DNA from: Rhina ancylostomus
Taxonomy: Eukaryota
Length of the DNA stretch: 64,000 nt
Direction of reading: 5' to 3'
Assembly: GCA_030265395.1 (NCBI GenBank)
Contig: JARFYF010000074.1
Coordinates: 30,232,957-30,296,956 of the forward strand
Each line of letters starts with the position of its first letter. The stretch's first letter is position 1. The position numbers were made by a program, and so were the translations under genes. Of the stretch, positions 1 through 12,420 are shown one piece after another. The notes under the pieces were generated by a model. It saw only the letters and a program-made list of their open reading frames with translations, did not search any database and was not told the origin of the DNA.

Positions 1-97
1 CTCTGCATCATCTAAAGTGCAATCATGTTGTTCTTGTATTGCGGTGACCAGAACTGCACACAGTACTCCAGTTGTGGTTAAACCAATGTTTTTATAA
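1..97 (-). mobile_element. CR1-clade LINE fragment, ORF2 C-terminal region
   Basis: The minus strand reads KTLV*PQLEYCVQFWSPQY, matching the CR1 motif YKxLVRPHLEYCVQFWSP. Confidence 0.85.
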
Positions 98-139
98 TTA
101 TTCTGTGGTTACACCTCTAGACCTTTTTGTTACCTTGCA

Positions 140-382
140 CAATAGCTCCTTTTGTTATTTAATCTCTCCTCTTTACTACTCCAGGGCACACAACCACCTT
201 TATTCTTACCTGCTTTTGCAAGTTAAAATCTCGCCATCTCTAAATATTCCAGTGTTGATGGAAGGTCTCTGACTTGGGAAAAAAATAACTCTTTATCCCT
301 CCACAAATGTTGCCTATGCTGTTAAGTCTTCATAATTTCTTTTTTAATTTCAGATTTCCAACTTCTGCAGCATTTTGCTTTC
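140..382 (+). mobile_element. Penelope-like element 3' end, old, with destroyed hammerhead core
   Basis: ttgatggaaggtctctgactt...ctccacaaatgttgcct...cagatttccaacttctgcag is colinear with the better-preserved tails at 26511-26645 and 46270-46372. Confidence 0.6.
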
Positions 383-394
383 ATAAAGACAGCA

Positions 395-690
395 GGTCAT
401 TAATAGATTGGGTGGGTTTCTCTGACTGTTCGACAGCTTCGTTGTCATTTTCACTGATACTGGCTTTTAAGCCGACAGAGGTTTGAAAACTGTTGGAAGA
501 ATGGAGATATAGCTCCCTGAAAATGCAAGAATAAAAGACTTACCAGAACAAAGCTTCACTAAAGCCAGCTTTATATTCATGCATTATTTAAGTACTTTAA
601 TTTAAATTTCCCAGCTGACAGGCTGGGATTTGTTTTCCTGGAACATTAATCCAGGAAATGGTTAGTCCAATAATTTAAACTCTGTGCTAC
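395..690 (-). mobile_element. Old SINE-like repeat, same family as the head at 11700-11990
   Basis: The reverse complement shares tggacta...caaatcccagc...cagctgggaaatttaaatt with the 11.7-kb copy. Highly diverged. Confidence 0.5.
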
Positions 691-904
691 TGATGCTCTA
701 AGTGAGGAAAGATTTTTAAAACTGATATTTAATTTCTTTTCTGTGAGTTGAATTCCAAATCTGAATTATTGTTTGTGCAGGACACCCATTAGTGCAGTAA
801 AATAACAAAAGGTAAGATCTTTATTGATGTTGATTGTCATAATGTAGTGTTGTCATAATGATACTCTTATGTACCCAGTGAGTGGAAGTACAGGAACATT
901 TGTT

Positions 905-1014
905 TTAAATGTGCTTGGTGGTGGGGTCCCATTGGAGATGGCAGAAGTGGCGGAGAATGATGTGTTGGATATGTAGGCTGGTAGGATGAAATGTGAGGAC
1001 AAGGGGGACCTTGT
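905..1014 (-). mobile_element. Penelope-like element ORF fragment (RT thumb/linker)
   Basis: The minus strand translates KVPLVLTFHPTSLHIQHIILRHFCHLQWDPTTKHI, containing the PLE PLVLTxHP motif. Confidence 0.8.
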
Positions 1015-1024
1015 ACCAAATGGG

Positions 1025-1553
1025 AAGACCTGGAATATTGTATGCAGTTCTGGTTGCCGTGCTTTAGGAAGCATGTGATTAAGCTAGAGAGGGTGCAGAT
1101 TTTGCCAGAACTGGAGGGCTTGAGTTATTAGTAGAGACTGGATAGTGTGGACTGTTTTATTGGAGTGGAGGAGGCTGAGGGGTGACATTATGGAGATTTA
1201 TAAAACCATGAGGGGCATAAATATGAGAGTTGGTCACATTCTTTTTCCCAGGCTAGGTGGGTCTAAAACTTGAGGGCATAGTTTTAAGGTGTGAGGGGAA
1301 AGATTTAAAGGGCACCCAAGCGACAAGTTTTTCATGCAGAAAGTGGTGGGTGTGCGGAACAAGCTGCCAGGGTAAGCGATAGAGGCGGGAACAATTACAA
1401 TGTTTAAATGGTATTTGGACAGGTTCTTAGACAGGAAATGTTTTGAGGGATATGGGCCCAAATGCAGGCAAATGGGATTAACTGAGGAGAACATCCTGAT
1501 TGGCATGGACAGGTTAGGCTGAGGAGCCTGTTTCTGTGCTGTATAACTCTCTC
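1025..1553 (+). mobile_element. CR1 (HER1-like) LINE 3' end
   Basis: LEYCMQFW and LERVQ motifs, GLFYWSGG/LRGDIMEIYKTMRG, and terminal gcctgtttctgtgctgtataactct tail. Confidence 0.9.
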
Positions 1554-3229
1554 TCTAGTTTGTCAGATCAACGCAGTACATAACATCTATCAAAGTGGCT
1601 GTTGATTTCAAGCAAACCTATGAGGGCGAAACAAGAACAAAATTAGTTTTACAGAGGAAAATTTTAAAAGATTGGTTTATTGGACTGTGCCTACCTTATC
1701 AGTCAATTTCTTAATACAATGTTGTTAAATTTTATGGATTTTTTTTCTGGTGTGGATTTGACATTGTTTTGGCTCCTCCAAAGTACAGAAATATATGCCT
1801 TAAATTTTAAACATTTGAAATGGAGTTTCCACTAGGCTGTGATGGTATGTCTAGTTCTAAACAACCAAGGTTGCCCCAACCAACACACGAGATCAAGGAA
1901 TTTGAAGTGCAAATTGTATCCAGCCCAAGTGGCATTTCAAATATATTTTGCACTAGTTTAAAACAACAGCCTAACTTTTAGGAACACAGCGATGCAGGTT
2001 TCACTGCTATCTGTTGGAATGACTTAGGCATGGAGTGGAATGTGTTTACAATTTGTCAAATTGCACCATTTTGCAAATTTGGCCAGGTAATTCCAGTTGT
2101 GAGATGATCGTTGTTTGCTCCAAATTCCAGTTGTGAATTGCACTTGTGTAGGTGATTCCTTTTCCATATCAATTGCACATCTAATGATGTTATTCCCTGT
2201 TCAATGTTCTTTTAGAGCAGGGTTGGGAAAATTATACCACACGGTCCTGAGGCACGCCTGTCATTGGTCACTCTCAGAGTTAGGCAACTGGCTTCTTGTT
2301 GTAGTGCTTGCTCCACAGCAATGTGATTTGAGGAGATCTTGTTGTACTAACCTTGCCCAGTGCTTAGAATGTCCCTCAGGTTGTTTAGTTCCTTACCTGC
2401 ACTCCCTCCCAGGCCCTCCCCCACTCCAGCCCACTGCTCCACAACAAGGTTGAATAAGAGCTTGAGCAAAACATTCACTTTGCTCATGATTTTTGTGATC
2501 GGATCTCTGTCTCAAGCAGAAACTCTTCTCCCTTTGGCTCATTTATGTTATCAATGGGCCAAAACCAATTGTAACAATCTATCAGGATAAAATACAACTT
2601 ATTTTGCTGTATCAAAAACACCCTTTTCTGACTTACGAAGAAAGCAGTTTACATGCTACCCATACACCTTGCTTGTTAATTGACATATTTGAATGTTCAC
2701 CAATTTACGTTATATGTATACACTGAGGGCCAATTCTTGGATTAATTTGATCTCTGTTCTTAACTTTAAAGCTGAGTGATCTGCATCACTTGCTTCATTA
2801 ATTATATTATTCCAAGGTTACCCTGATTGCTTCAAGGTTCCAGTGGTTTAGAAATGCCATACAATTAATTGCATTTTCTGCTTAAAAACCAGCAGAATTA
2901 ATTGTTATTAAATGAAAACTGCATTTCATCAATATATTGCATTGTAGTTTAAAGTTTTCTGTTTTGAGAAATATTTAATTATTTAATACATTTTTCTTAT
3001 TGTTTTTGCTGATTTGTACTCAGCATTTCTACCCCAGCCATGGTACTATAGCAGCATGAGACCAAGTGACAAATAACACCCCAAGATCATGACAAAGGTG
3101 ACAATTGTCGCAGACTTTAACATGGTTATTATGCCATCTTTTTCCAACAACTCTGTTGTGCACCTGGGTGGACCAAAATCACTTGGTTTAATTCTTATAA
3201 ATCTAGTTATGGCAGGGAATCACTTGCAA

Positions 3230-3580
3230 TGGCATCTCTTCCCTTTCTCTGTAATCTCCAATCCTCCAACTCTAAGATATTTAGATTCCTTGAATGTTAA
3301 CTTCTTGGATATTCCCAAATTGAATCACTTCACTCTAGGTGACCCATGGTGTTTTAAGTTATGGAATTCCTTTGGTAATATCCCCACCTCTCAAGCTCTC
3401 TTTCCTCCTTCATCATTCCTCAAAAGCTACATTTTATGTCCAATATTTTTGCCATCTACCATATAATCATTATATATGAGTTTGTGCCACATTGTGTTTG
3501 ATAATGTTCCTGGGAACCATCTTGTAAGGTTTTACAATGTTAAATCCCAAAGATAAAAATGATTTTCTGTTTCTGTTGTT
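3230..3580 (+). mobile_element. Old L2-clade LINE 3' end
   Basis: KLWNS motif followed by cctcaaaagctacattt and a tail resembling ...ggttttacaatgttaaa...aaatg. Strongly diverged. Confidence 0.55.
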
Positions 3581-5164
3581 TTTCAATTTTCTTCACTGGG
3601 TGAAGCAAGATGGTCTGTGGCTAAAGAGACTGTATCCACATTTGCTGTAGCAGGCCATTCAGAGTTTTCAATCTTTTCCCTCCTCCACTTACAACATCTC
3701 AGTCAGAAATGTTTGTGTTGGGAATATATTGCTAGGAATTTTTGGTAGTGATCATTGCTTGCAAAATATTGGTTAAAGGTAGTTTGAAGGTCAGAAAAGG
3801 CAAAGGGTATTTAGATAATTTAGAAGTGGCCAAAATGCCCAAAGAAATCCAATGTTTTTACATTTGTATGATTTGGTAGTGCAACTGCTTTTTTTCACTC
3901 TACTGTAGTTTATCTGGTTAGTTAATGGCAGTTTTGTTACATTCTGGTTTCTGGTAGCCTAAGTGGAATATCATTTCCAGTCATTTCAGATGAAGGGTTT
4001 ATGCATCTGTGAGTTATCCTGGGAATTCATTTCTTTACTAATCCATACAAATCCCTCTCTAAAAGTTGCTTAATTCAGTGGATTAATGAGCCTCAACCCT
4101 TGGGAAAAGAACTAGTATTTTGTGAAAGTAGCTTTTATTGACTGTTGTCAGATGTATTCCCCTTAAATTCTATTGGGCTTTTTCCATTTCAGTAGTTCTG
4201 GAGAGGTAAAGGGCCAGAGATGCCACAAAGTCAATGGGGATGTTGATCATGGAAGCTTTGACCTTGTCATTGAATCTATTTCTCTGTATGCCTGGTAATC
4301 TCCTCCCATTACAGAGCTCAGAATCAAGTGTCCTGTTTCACGAGGCTGATGGCAGGCATGAGGGTGATTTGTCAGTCCAGTGTAACCAACAAGAAATTCA
4401 TGTTGGGATGTAGTAGGGTGGCATAGTACAAGGGTTGTCTCAGCAGAGGCGGCCAGTGGACTCTGAGACACTTTGCCAGCTGTTGAGATCTTGCCCCCAG
4501 AGACTCATAGGCCGTCAAAGATGTCAGTGCTATTGACTGTGACTGTCAGATATAAGGATGCTGTCAAGTGGTCAGTAACACGTTGCACCTTTTTGTAATA
4601 TTTTTAATTTTAATTTTTGTACATTTGAAACAGAAAAAAACCCTAAAAATTTAATAAAAGCTTTGAAATGAAGGTTAGCAATAATAATAACTACCTTATG
4701 CTGACATCCAGTCTGTCTCTCTCATGTGAATGGGGATGAGGTGCTGCACATGGTTTAACCCAGCACAAGTTCAGTGGCAGATTTCCCAGCCTGAGAGCCT
4801 GTGGATGTTCACTTAGGCCTGTGATACCTATGAGAAGTCCCCCAGAGCAGTCCAGGGGAAGCCACTGCTGTGAAGGTCAGGGGCAGTGTTTGAAACTGGG
4901 ACTTTGCTGGGGATTACAAGTAGGTCTTAGCATGAATACTGGTGTTGGAACTGAATATGTGCCTTTTGGGCTAAAACCCAGGGGTGAAAGAACTTTCCAG
5001 GCCATTTTCTAAGTCTCCACCAATGATTTGTTTGTTTGGTGGAAAATCTTTGTTAATAATCTCTTTGGATTATAAAATTAATTTCAAATAGTTGACATGA
5101 CATTTAAAACAAATTCTGAACAGATCAGTTTATGGCCAAATCATTAAACTGTCAGTGATCTTTG

Positions 5165-5668
5165 TTACAGAGTCATACAGCACAGAAACAGACCCTTGGG
5201 TCCACTACATCTGTGCCAAGTACCTATCCATACTAATCCCATTTTCCAGCACTTGGTTTGTAGCGTTCTGTGCCTTGGTGATCTAAGTGCTTGTCCAGAC
5301 GCTTCTTCTACAATGTTGGGAGAGTATCTGCCTCCACCACCTTCTCAAGCAATTCTTCCTCATACCCCCTCTAAATCTTTTACTCTTCACCATAAACCTT
5401 TACCCTCTGGTCTTTGACACTCTTGCCATGGGGAAAAGTTTCTTACTCTTGACCTTATCTGTACTGCTTATAATTTGGTATGCCTCTGTAAGGTCCCCCC
5501 CTCGGTCTCCTCTACTCCAAGGAAAACAAACCCAGCCTATCCATTTTCTTCTCACAACTGAAACATTCCATCTGAGGCAATATTCTGATCAATCTCCTCT
5601 GCACCCTTTCTAGTGCAATCAATCCTTCCTAAAATGTGGTGACCGGAACTTAACACAATACTCCAGCA
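5165..5668 (-). mobile_element. CR1 LINE 3' end
   Basis: Starts with the reverse-complement tail agagtcatacagcacagaaacag and ends at the reverse-complement LEYCVKFRSPHF motif. Confidence 0.9.
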
Positions 5669-6837
5669 GATGCTGTGATACAGATGGCCTGTATCAGTAT
5701 TACATTTTGATCATTTTTGTGGTTTTCAAGATTTCTCTTGAATTCTTCAGATAACCTTCTTAATCAAAAATGAAAAGGGAAGTAAATTATAGGAAATAAT
5801 CTTTATTGTTACTTCAGTTTTATAGGACACTACACGATACAAGTGTCACTGACAAAGTCATGCTTTTGAAATCTCCAGTCAATTTTGCAAAATACCAATA
5901 AATGAGACTGAATTTTAAATTCAATTTTCTAAGTTACTATAACTTCTCAGATCCCTTGAGATAAATCCTAGAAACCTAATTCAAAACTGATCTCTTTTAT
6001 TGTATCAGTTTTCCCAAATGTTCCACCTGGTGCTAAAACTATCCTGGGCTAAACGCTAAATTGCTTCTGGCATTTATGAACTTTTTTCTTTAAACACAGC
6101 AATATCAGAAAATGACTGTAATCTTCTTGGGGCAATTACATGGTTTTAGATAATAACCAAATTGTGCTCATTTTTCATATCTGGAAAATGCTGTGGATAA
6201 AGAAAGCATCATGAGTTAACACGAGTAGAAAAGCTCCTGAGATGCTTTACCACTAAAGGCTTCAGCAAGGATGATGGAAGGCTACTGATACAGGCATCAA
6301 GTGCTTACAAAGGTCTCCCTGGTTTCAGACCATTTGTATTACAGCATCTACTGAGCCCTCACTGCCATTAGGGATTTCCTCATGAGCTGATGGAAGATTC
6401 TCTTGTACAGACTTCATTACTGTCCACAAAATACAGCAAAATAATGTAGAATGCCCCTCAATCATAATCTGGTGCACTATTGGTTGAAACCTGGACTGAC
6501 TTCTAGGAGTGACATCATCTCCTGTGGCCTTCATCCATGAGAATGTGAAGCTCTTACCAGCCATTATCATTGGTATTGACAGAAGGGGAAGGATTTTGTG
6601 AGCCCATGTGGAGGATTTGGGATGCAAATATATTTAGAGACCATGATTTCTTTGTGTTATTGAATCTCCCACTTGCTTTAGGCAGGAGCAATCATAAGAT
6701 CATGGAAGTTTATCCCCAAAGGTGACCAATCAACCTTTTGTGCCAATGGAGGGAATAGGTTTCTAACTTCTAGCCTGCTTTACAATTACATCAGACACGG
6801 ACTAACTTCTCAATAATAATGTTCATGCTGATAAATA

Positions 6838-6906
6838 ACGCTAGCTGTCCATTTCGCTCTACAGTTGCTGCCTGACCTGCTGAGTCCCTCCAGCAATTTG
6901 TTTCTT
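6838..6906 (+). mobile_element. Penelope-like element tail fragment, downstream of hammerhead position
   Basis: ctacagttgctgcctgacctgctgagtccctccagcaatttg matches 46320-46360. Confidence 0.7.
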
Positions 6907-7078
6907 GGAAGATAGGGTCAGCTTACTGGCTGTAGGAGTCCCAGCAGGAAGTTTCAAGTATCAATGTGCTTCTGGATCTAGTATTATGTAGTTTTCAAAT
7001 GGTATAAAATTATACAACAGATAAAGATGAAAAATTATTATTCACCTCAATGAAATATTTATTATTAACATGACTTGG

Positions 7079-7261
7079 TGTTATGAAAAAAGGTTCTTTT
7101 GGGATCTTAAAGATAGAGGTATCTGGACATATAGTCTTTGTATTTTAAAAGGAGGATTTTATTTACAAAGACCGACATGGGACCAGAATGTGAAGGAACA
7201 AATGCACACTCACACTAGGGTGATCACGAAATGTGGGGGAAGTCACAACAGGGGTGAAATG

Positions 7262-7292
<31 letters not shown>

Positions 7293-7725
7293 AACAAACT
7301 AGTACAAACGATCAGAGAACAAACAAATACGTTGTCTGAATTCCCTGAATCTGGACAAATAATGGCTCTATGCTACTGGGAATCTACTCAGGACACTCCA
7401 AGACCCCTGTGGAAGTGCCCCCTCTCACCTGTGGTCTCGACCTGGCAGCAATCGGAAAAGAGAAAGAGAGCCCATGTGTACCATCTTTTATAGGCCTGTA
7501 GCTTGGTGGAGCCCGCTCAGGTAATTTAAATAAGCCAATGAATCAGGGTCAAGAACAAAGGTGGGTTACAAGCCAGTCCTTAGGTGTGGTCTCTAATGGG
7601 TGGGACGGAGCTGGACCCTTGATTGACAGTGGTATAGCTTCTGACCTGATAGGCAATGCTATTATCCGACCATGGGGGTCAGTAGTGTTGTCACTACCAT
7701 CTGACCCCTGTCCTTTCATACTACA
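7079..7725 (-). mobile_element. Solo LTR (647 bp) with 5-bp target-site duplication CTTGG
   Basis: TG...CA termini with imperfect inverted ends (tgttatgaaa / tttcatactaca). CTTGG at 7074-7078 and 7726-7730. On the minus strand TATAAAAG (7492-7485) precedes AATAAA (7163-7158), the U3-R-U5 order. Confidence 0.85.
7268..7293. repeat. (CA)13 microsatellite inside the LTR
   Basis: Read directly from the sequence. Confidence 0.95.
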
Positions 7726-8109
7726 CTTGGCTACAAATCACCAGGAATACAGTAAAAAAAAGTGAATCATAGCTGGTGAAGCAGATAGGATTTATTTAAA
7801 CTACCATATTCTCTTAACTGGAGGACTGCAAGGCTATAAGACAGGATATCAAACAAATTCTTATTCTGAAGCAGCAGGATCCCCGGCAGAATGGCCACAC
7901 CTAAAGCAATAGTGGTGATGATAGATTAGACATGAACTTTTGAGGCAATGATAGCATTCTGTGCTACTTCAAATGAAAAAGGTGATTAAGTAAGTAATCA
8001 TTCAAATAAATGATTATAATTAGCTTTACTATTTCTTTGTACTTTTTACTGCCTGGGTTGTTGAAGAATATTAAAATTCTGCTTCAAGCCATGCCGTAAA
8101 AATGCATCA

Positions 8110-8446
8110 GAACATAGAAACAGACCCTTTGGCTCACAGAGTCTGTGCTATCGATTTAAACTAATCCAATTTTATTCTCCCCGCATTCCCATCAATTCCC
8201 TCATCCCACTCTCACCAGATTCAACAACCCACCCACATGCTAGGAGCAATTTACAGTGGCCAATTACCCTGCCAACCAATATATCTTTGGGGTGCGGGAG
8301 GAAACTAGCACATTGGGGGGCGGGGGTAGAGGAACCAAGGAACCCACACAGTCACAGGGGGATCGTGCAAACTCCACGCAGACAGCACTGGAGGTCAGGA
8401 TTGAACCCTGGTCACTGTGAGACAGCAACTCTACTAGTTGCCCCAT
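8110..8446 (-). mobile_element. V-SINE (HE1-like) with CR1-type tail
   Basis: Minus strand shows a tRNA-like head with B box GGTTCAATCC, V-domain gctgtctgcgtggagtttgcacg...tgtgtgggtt, and a tail ending gggtctgtttctatg. Confidence 0.85.
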
Positions 8447-8679
8447 TATGGTTCTTTTAAAGTTGCATACTTTATTGTTGCTGATTACACTAATATAAAC
8501 ATGTGCTGATCAAATCTGTAATATATTCAAACTCCTCTCTTGCTGTGCACATTGTCCATAAAACTTTAGCTACTCTTATCATATTCTTGCCATGCTTTTG
8601 CCTTTTGGAATATATATGCCAATATTTACAATGGAAACTTCCTTGAAAATGGATTGTGTAGTTTCAAGATTTTGTAGGC

Positions 8680-9011
8680 TACGTGAACAGAGAGGCTAGA
8701 TCTCTATTCTTACAAAATTCTTAGAGAGAAAAACAGGGAGGATACTCCTTTAGCTGAAGAGTGCAGAAATGGGGAGAAATTTCTTCACCCAGAGTGTCAT
8801 GAATTTTTGAAATTCTTTACCCTATGGGCTGTGGAGGCTCAGTCACTGTGTTCAAAACAGAGACTGATAGATTTGCAAATAGTAGGATCAAGGCAACTGG
8901 GCTCAGAGCAAGACAATGATGTTAAGTAGGAGATCAGCCACAATCTTATTGAATGGTGAACTAGTTTGAAGAGACAAATAACCTAGTCCTTTCCCTATTT
9001 CTTATGTTCTT
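8680..9011 (+). mobile_element. CR1 LINE 3' end, old subfamily
   Basis: RNFFTQSVMNF*NSLP motif and cctatttcttatgttctt tail. Confidence 0.75.
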
Positions 9012-9019
9012 ATATATTT

Positions 9020-9275
9020 CCAAGCATGTTTTGGTGCTCCCAAGCACCTGCTGCCGTTGGCCTTGCTGGTATCAGGCCAGTAACTGCAGCACACTTTGAA
9101 CATTGTTTACACTGTACTCACCTTGTGCCTTTGTGGTGGTGGATCAGGTGCCAATGTGATGGGCTCTGCCCTAGATTGTGTTGTTAGAGCTACATTCATG
9201 CAGGCTAGTGGAGAGTATTCCATCACACACTTGAACTGCTCCTTATAGATAGTGAAATAGCTTTGTGGTGTCAGG
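9020..9275 (-). mobile_element. CR1/L2-group LINE fragment (YKxQVRxxMEY type)
   Basis: The minus strand translates LTPQSYFTIYKEQFKCVMEYSPLACMNVALTT. Confidence 0.7.
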
Positions 9276-9278
9276 GCA

Positions 9279-9425
9279 TAATGCTAGAATCTTATTAAGC
9301 AAGATTGCTGAGCTGCAAGAAAAATTAAGCACATGGAATTATGATGTTGTGGCAATAACAGAGACCTGGATAATAAAAAAAGGGATAGGAATGGATTCTA
9401 AGTATTTCCTGGATACAATGTGTTC
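9279..9425 (+). mobile_element. CR1 ORF2 AP-endonuclease N-terminal fragment
   Basis: NARILLSKIAELQEKLSTWNYDVVAITETW, the APE NxRS...DxxAITETW motif. Confidence 0.85.
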
Positions 9426-10549
9426 AGGCTGTGGGAACATTCTAGGAGCAAGGATGCTGTCTGAGGCCATCTCACTGCTGGGACCCTATTTTGCCTCTGT
9501 GGATGTTTCATGGTGCAGAAGTTCAGTTCTATCATCTCACCAGCTTCCGCCTGGGTAAAACTGGGCAGGTGGGGTCCATGGATGCTGAGCCAGGACAAAC
9601 AAAATTCAACCCAATGTTGCAAATGGTGTGGCATTGGATGAGTAAAAGTACTTTAAATAAAACTCATGGTTTAATTTTGAATTATTTATCTTCTTACGTG
9701 GTATATGTAACATTGATTGTTATTCTCAGACTGCCACCTGTTTTAGGGATTGTGACTAATTTAGATTAATTTCCCAGTTGGTACAACAGTAAGTTCCAAA
9801 GAGGTAGTGTGTGATGGGACCCTGAATAATTCCACTGTTGTTTGAGCTCCTTGCATCTCCCATGTATAAAGCTGTATACATGGTAGTGTTTAAGAACCCC
9901 CCAGGGACACTTGCTTTGCAACCTTCTCTGAATAACAAGAATTTTTCCTAAAAGCATCGTTTTCCCCTGAATTTGCTTGAAAATAAACATCAATTAACCA
10001 TATGTTCTCAGACAGATTACTGTTATTTTGTTGGCACAATAACTTTGAGGCACTGTAATGTCTAATATGAATGAATGGCATTTGTGTTGTCTTGATAATG
10101 TGCATTTATGAAAAACATAGAAAAAGGAGGCATATCTAGTCAGTATGGCAGTATATAATCAGAGATACTATTACTCAGACTGTCTGTTAATATTTACACT
10201 CAAAAATTAATTAAAGGAATTGTAACCCATCTGTCTTGCATAATAACTATTTACTAAGTATTTATCAGTTCATACATATGTCATCTTGTTATTTCAGACT
10301 GATGTTTATGTGGGATTTAAATATGGTTTACGTTATAACCTTACACCTTGCATGCCACAATTCTCTGTTCATCTGGCTTTCTGCTCTGCTGCTGAACTCG
10401 CTATTGAGTTCAAAAATAGATCATTGAGGTGCTGAATGAAAGACTGGTGAACAAAGAGTGGGTTTACTGATCCTGTGGAAAAAGACAAGTGCTGGTAAGA
10501 GCTTGAGTTTAAAATTCTGCTTCAAGCAATGCCGTAAAATTGCATCAGA

Positions 10550-10837
10550 ACATAGAAACAGACCCTTTGGCTCACCAAGTCTGTGCTATCGATTTAAGCT
10601 AATCCAATTTTATTCTCCCCGCATTCCCATCAATCCCCCCATCAACCCACCCACATGCTAGGAGCAATTCACAGTGGCCAATTGCCCTGCCAACCAACAT
10701 GTCTTTGGGGTATGGAAGGAAACTAGCACATTGGGGGGGCGGGGGTAGAGGAACCAAGGGACCCACACAGTCATGGGGGAACGTGCAAACTCCACACAGA
10801 CAGCACTGGAGGTCAGGATTGAACCCTGGTCACTGTG
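10550..10837 (-). mobile_element. V-SINE (HE1-like), 5'-truncated duplicate of the 8.1-kb copy
   Basis: Near-identical to 8110-8419, including a private G-rich insert. Confidence 0.85.
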
Positions 10838-11699
10838 GTATTTAATTACGTTTATTTTTAAATTGCTTTCAATTATTTAAATCTATTTGAATAGTTCTTT
10901 GATGTCTCTGTTTGAGACATTTAAAAGGTGTTCAAAAGCCTTTGAGAAAAATAGTCAAAGGCCATCAACAGTCTACTGCACAGGGCTCCCTTGCCTTGTG
11001 GAGTCCACATCTCCTCGCAGATGTTTCTTGGGTGTGGAGAGTCTGCTCATTTGGCCCCACATAACTGGAGAAAGTAAATTAGTGTAGGCAGCAAGTTCAG
11101 CTGATAGACTGTGACCAGCACAATCTGGCCCATTAATTCACATTTATCGTTATGCTGCCTTTGAGATAAAGCAACACTTTCTATAATTATAGAATGCTCT
11201 TGGTTACCTTATGTAAAATAAGACAGAAGGACTAAACCGTTAACTGCAATCTTTTGGAATCTACCTGAAGAAAGGCACTTTCTAGCATTGCTTGGAAGCA
11301 ATGTCCATAGATGAAAAGCAACGTTTAATGTTGATTTTAAACCTTTCACATCTATATTTTATCAGGAAAATACCATGTATTTTGTGCTAAAAATGGATGT
11401 AGTGAATTCTGAAAATGAGGAAGTTATTGTCATTTATAGTCATTTATTCCCATGCAATTAATTTTATGGANNNNNNNNNNNNNNNNNNNNNNNNNNNNNN
11501 NNNNNNNACTTGGTTCAAAATGAGTCAATAAATTTTAGCATGGTAAGGCATTCAAATTATTGCTGGAATATTTGCATTTCTTATACTTTTGTACTGCGAA
11601 GTATGTTGGTAGTTGTTCTGAGCATATATTTATTACATATTACATCTTCTGATTTTCAATGAAAACATTATATTTCTATGAATTAAATGCAGATTTAGG

Positions 11700-12420
11700 A
11701 ATCTGTGGCATTAGGTTACTGGACCAGCAATCCAGTGGCCTAAACTAGTAATATGGAGATGCAGATTTAAATTCCATCTCAGCAGCTAGGGAATTTAATT
11801 GCAGTTAATTAAGTAATCAGTAAATAAGATTCATAATGGTGACCATGAAATTACTGGATTGTTGTAAAAACCATCTGGTTCACAACTATCCTTCAGGGAA
11901 GTAAATTAGCCATCGTTATGCAGTTTGAACTTTCTGTGATTCCAGTCCCGTACCATTGTGATTGACATCTGCCCCTGAAATGATTGAACTGAACATTTAG
12001 TTGTATCTCTAGGATTTGTGCAGCAGACAGACCATAGGGATCATCCTAGGCATCAGATTGAAGTATAACAAATGCACACATAAGCCAAAATAACTGTGTT
12101 CCCAATTCATTCAAACTGCACCCAAAGAACCTTCAAACAAACATTTGGAGACAGGTGCCTAAGTTGGGAGAATTGTTTCACAGACTAATCAATCAACAGC
12201 CTATCCTAGTCAGAGCCACAGAATCATGATTTTCAGCCCCCATCCCAGATTTCTCCATCATCAATTCTAAGTATGACCTGTCTCACTGGCTACCTGCCAG
12301 GGATGGTGAGGCAATGCTCCTGAGACTCAATATTGACTAAGACTCCATAAGCCTAATGGAAACACATTGAATGGGGCAAGGATTGTGCTTGCTGATTACC
12401 CCTACTCTCGAGCCATGCCC
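11700..12420 (+). mobile_element. LINE 5' region: SINE-like head followed by AP-endonuclease N-terminus
   Basis: Head at 11700-11990 (atggtgaccatgaaa...gtaaaaaccatctggttcac...cttcagggaag), then NIWRQVPKLGELFHRLINQQPILVRATES* from about 12140. Confidence 0.65.

Noticed and set aside
251-295. Functional hammerhead in the first PLE tail
   Set aside because: The core reads TTGATGG and GGGAA, so invariant positions are lost.
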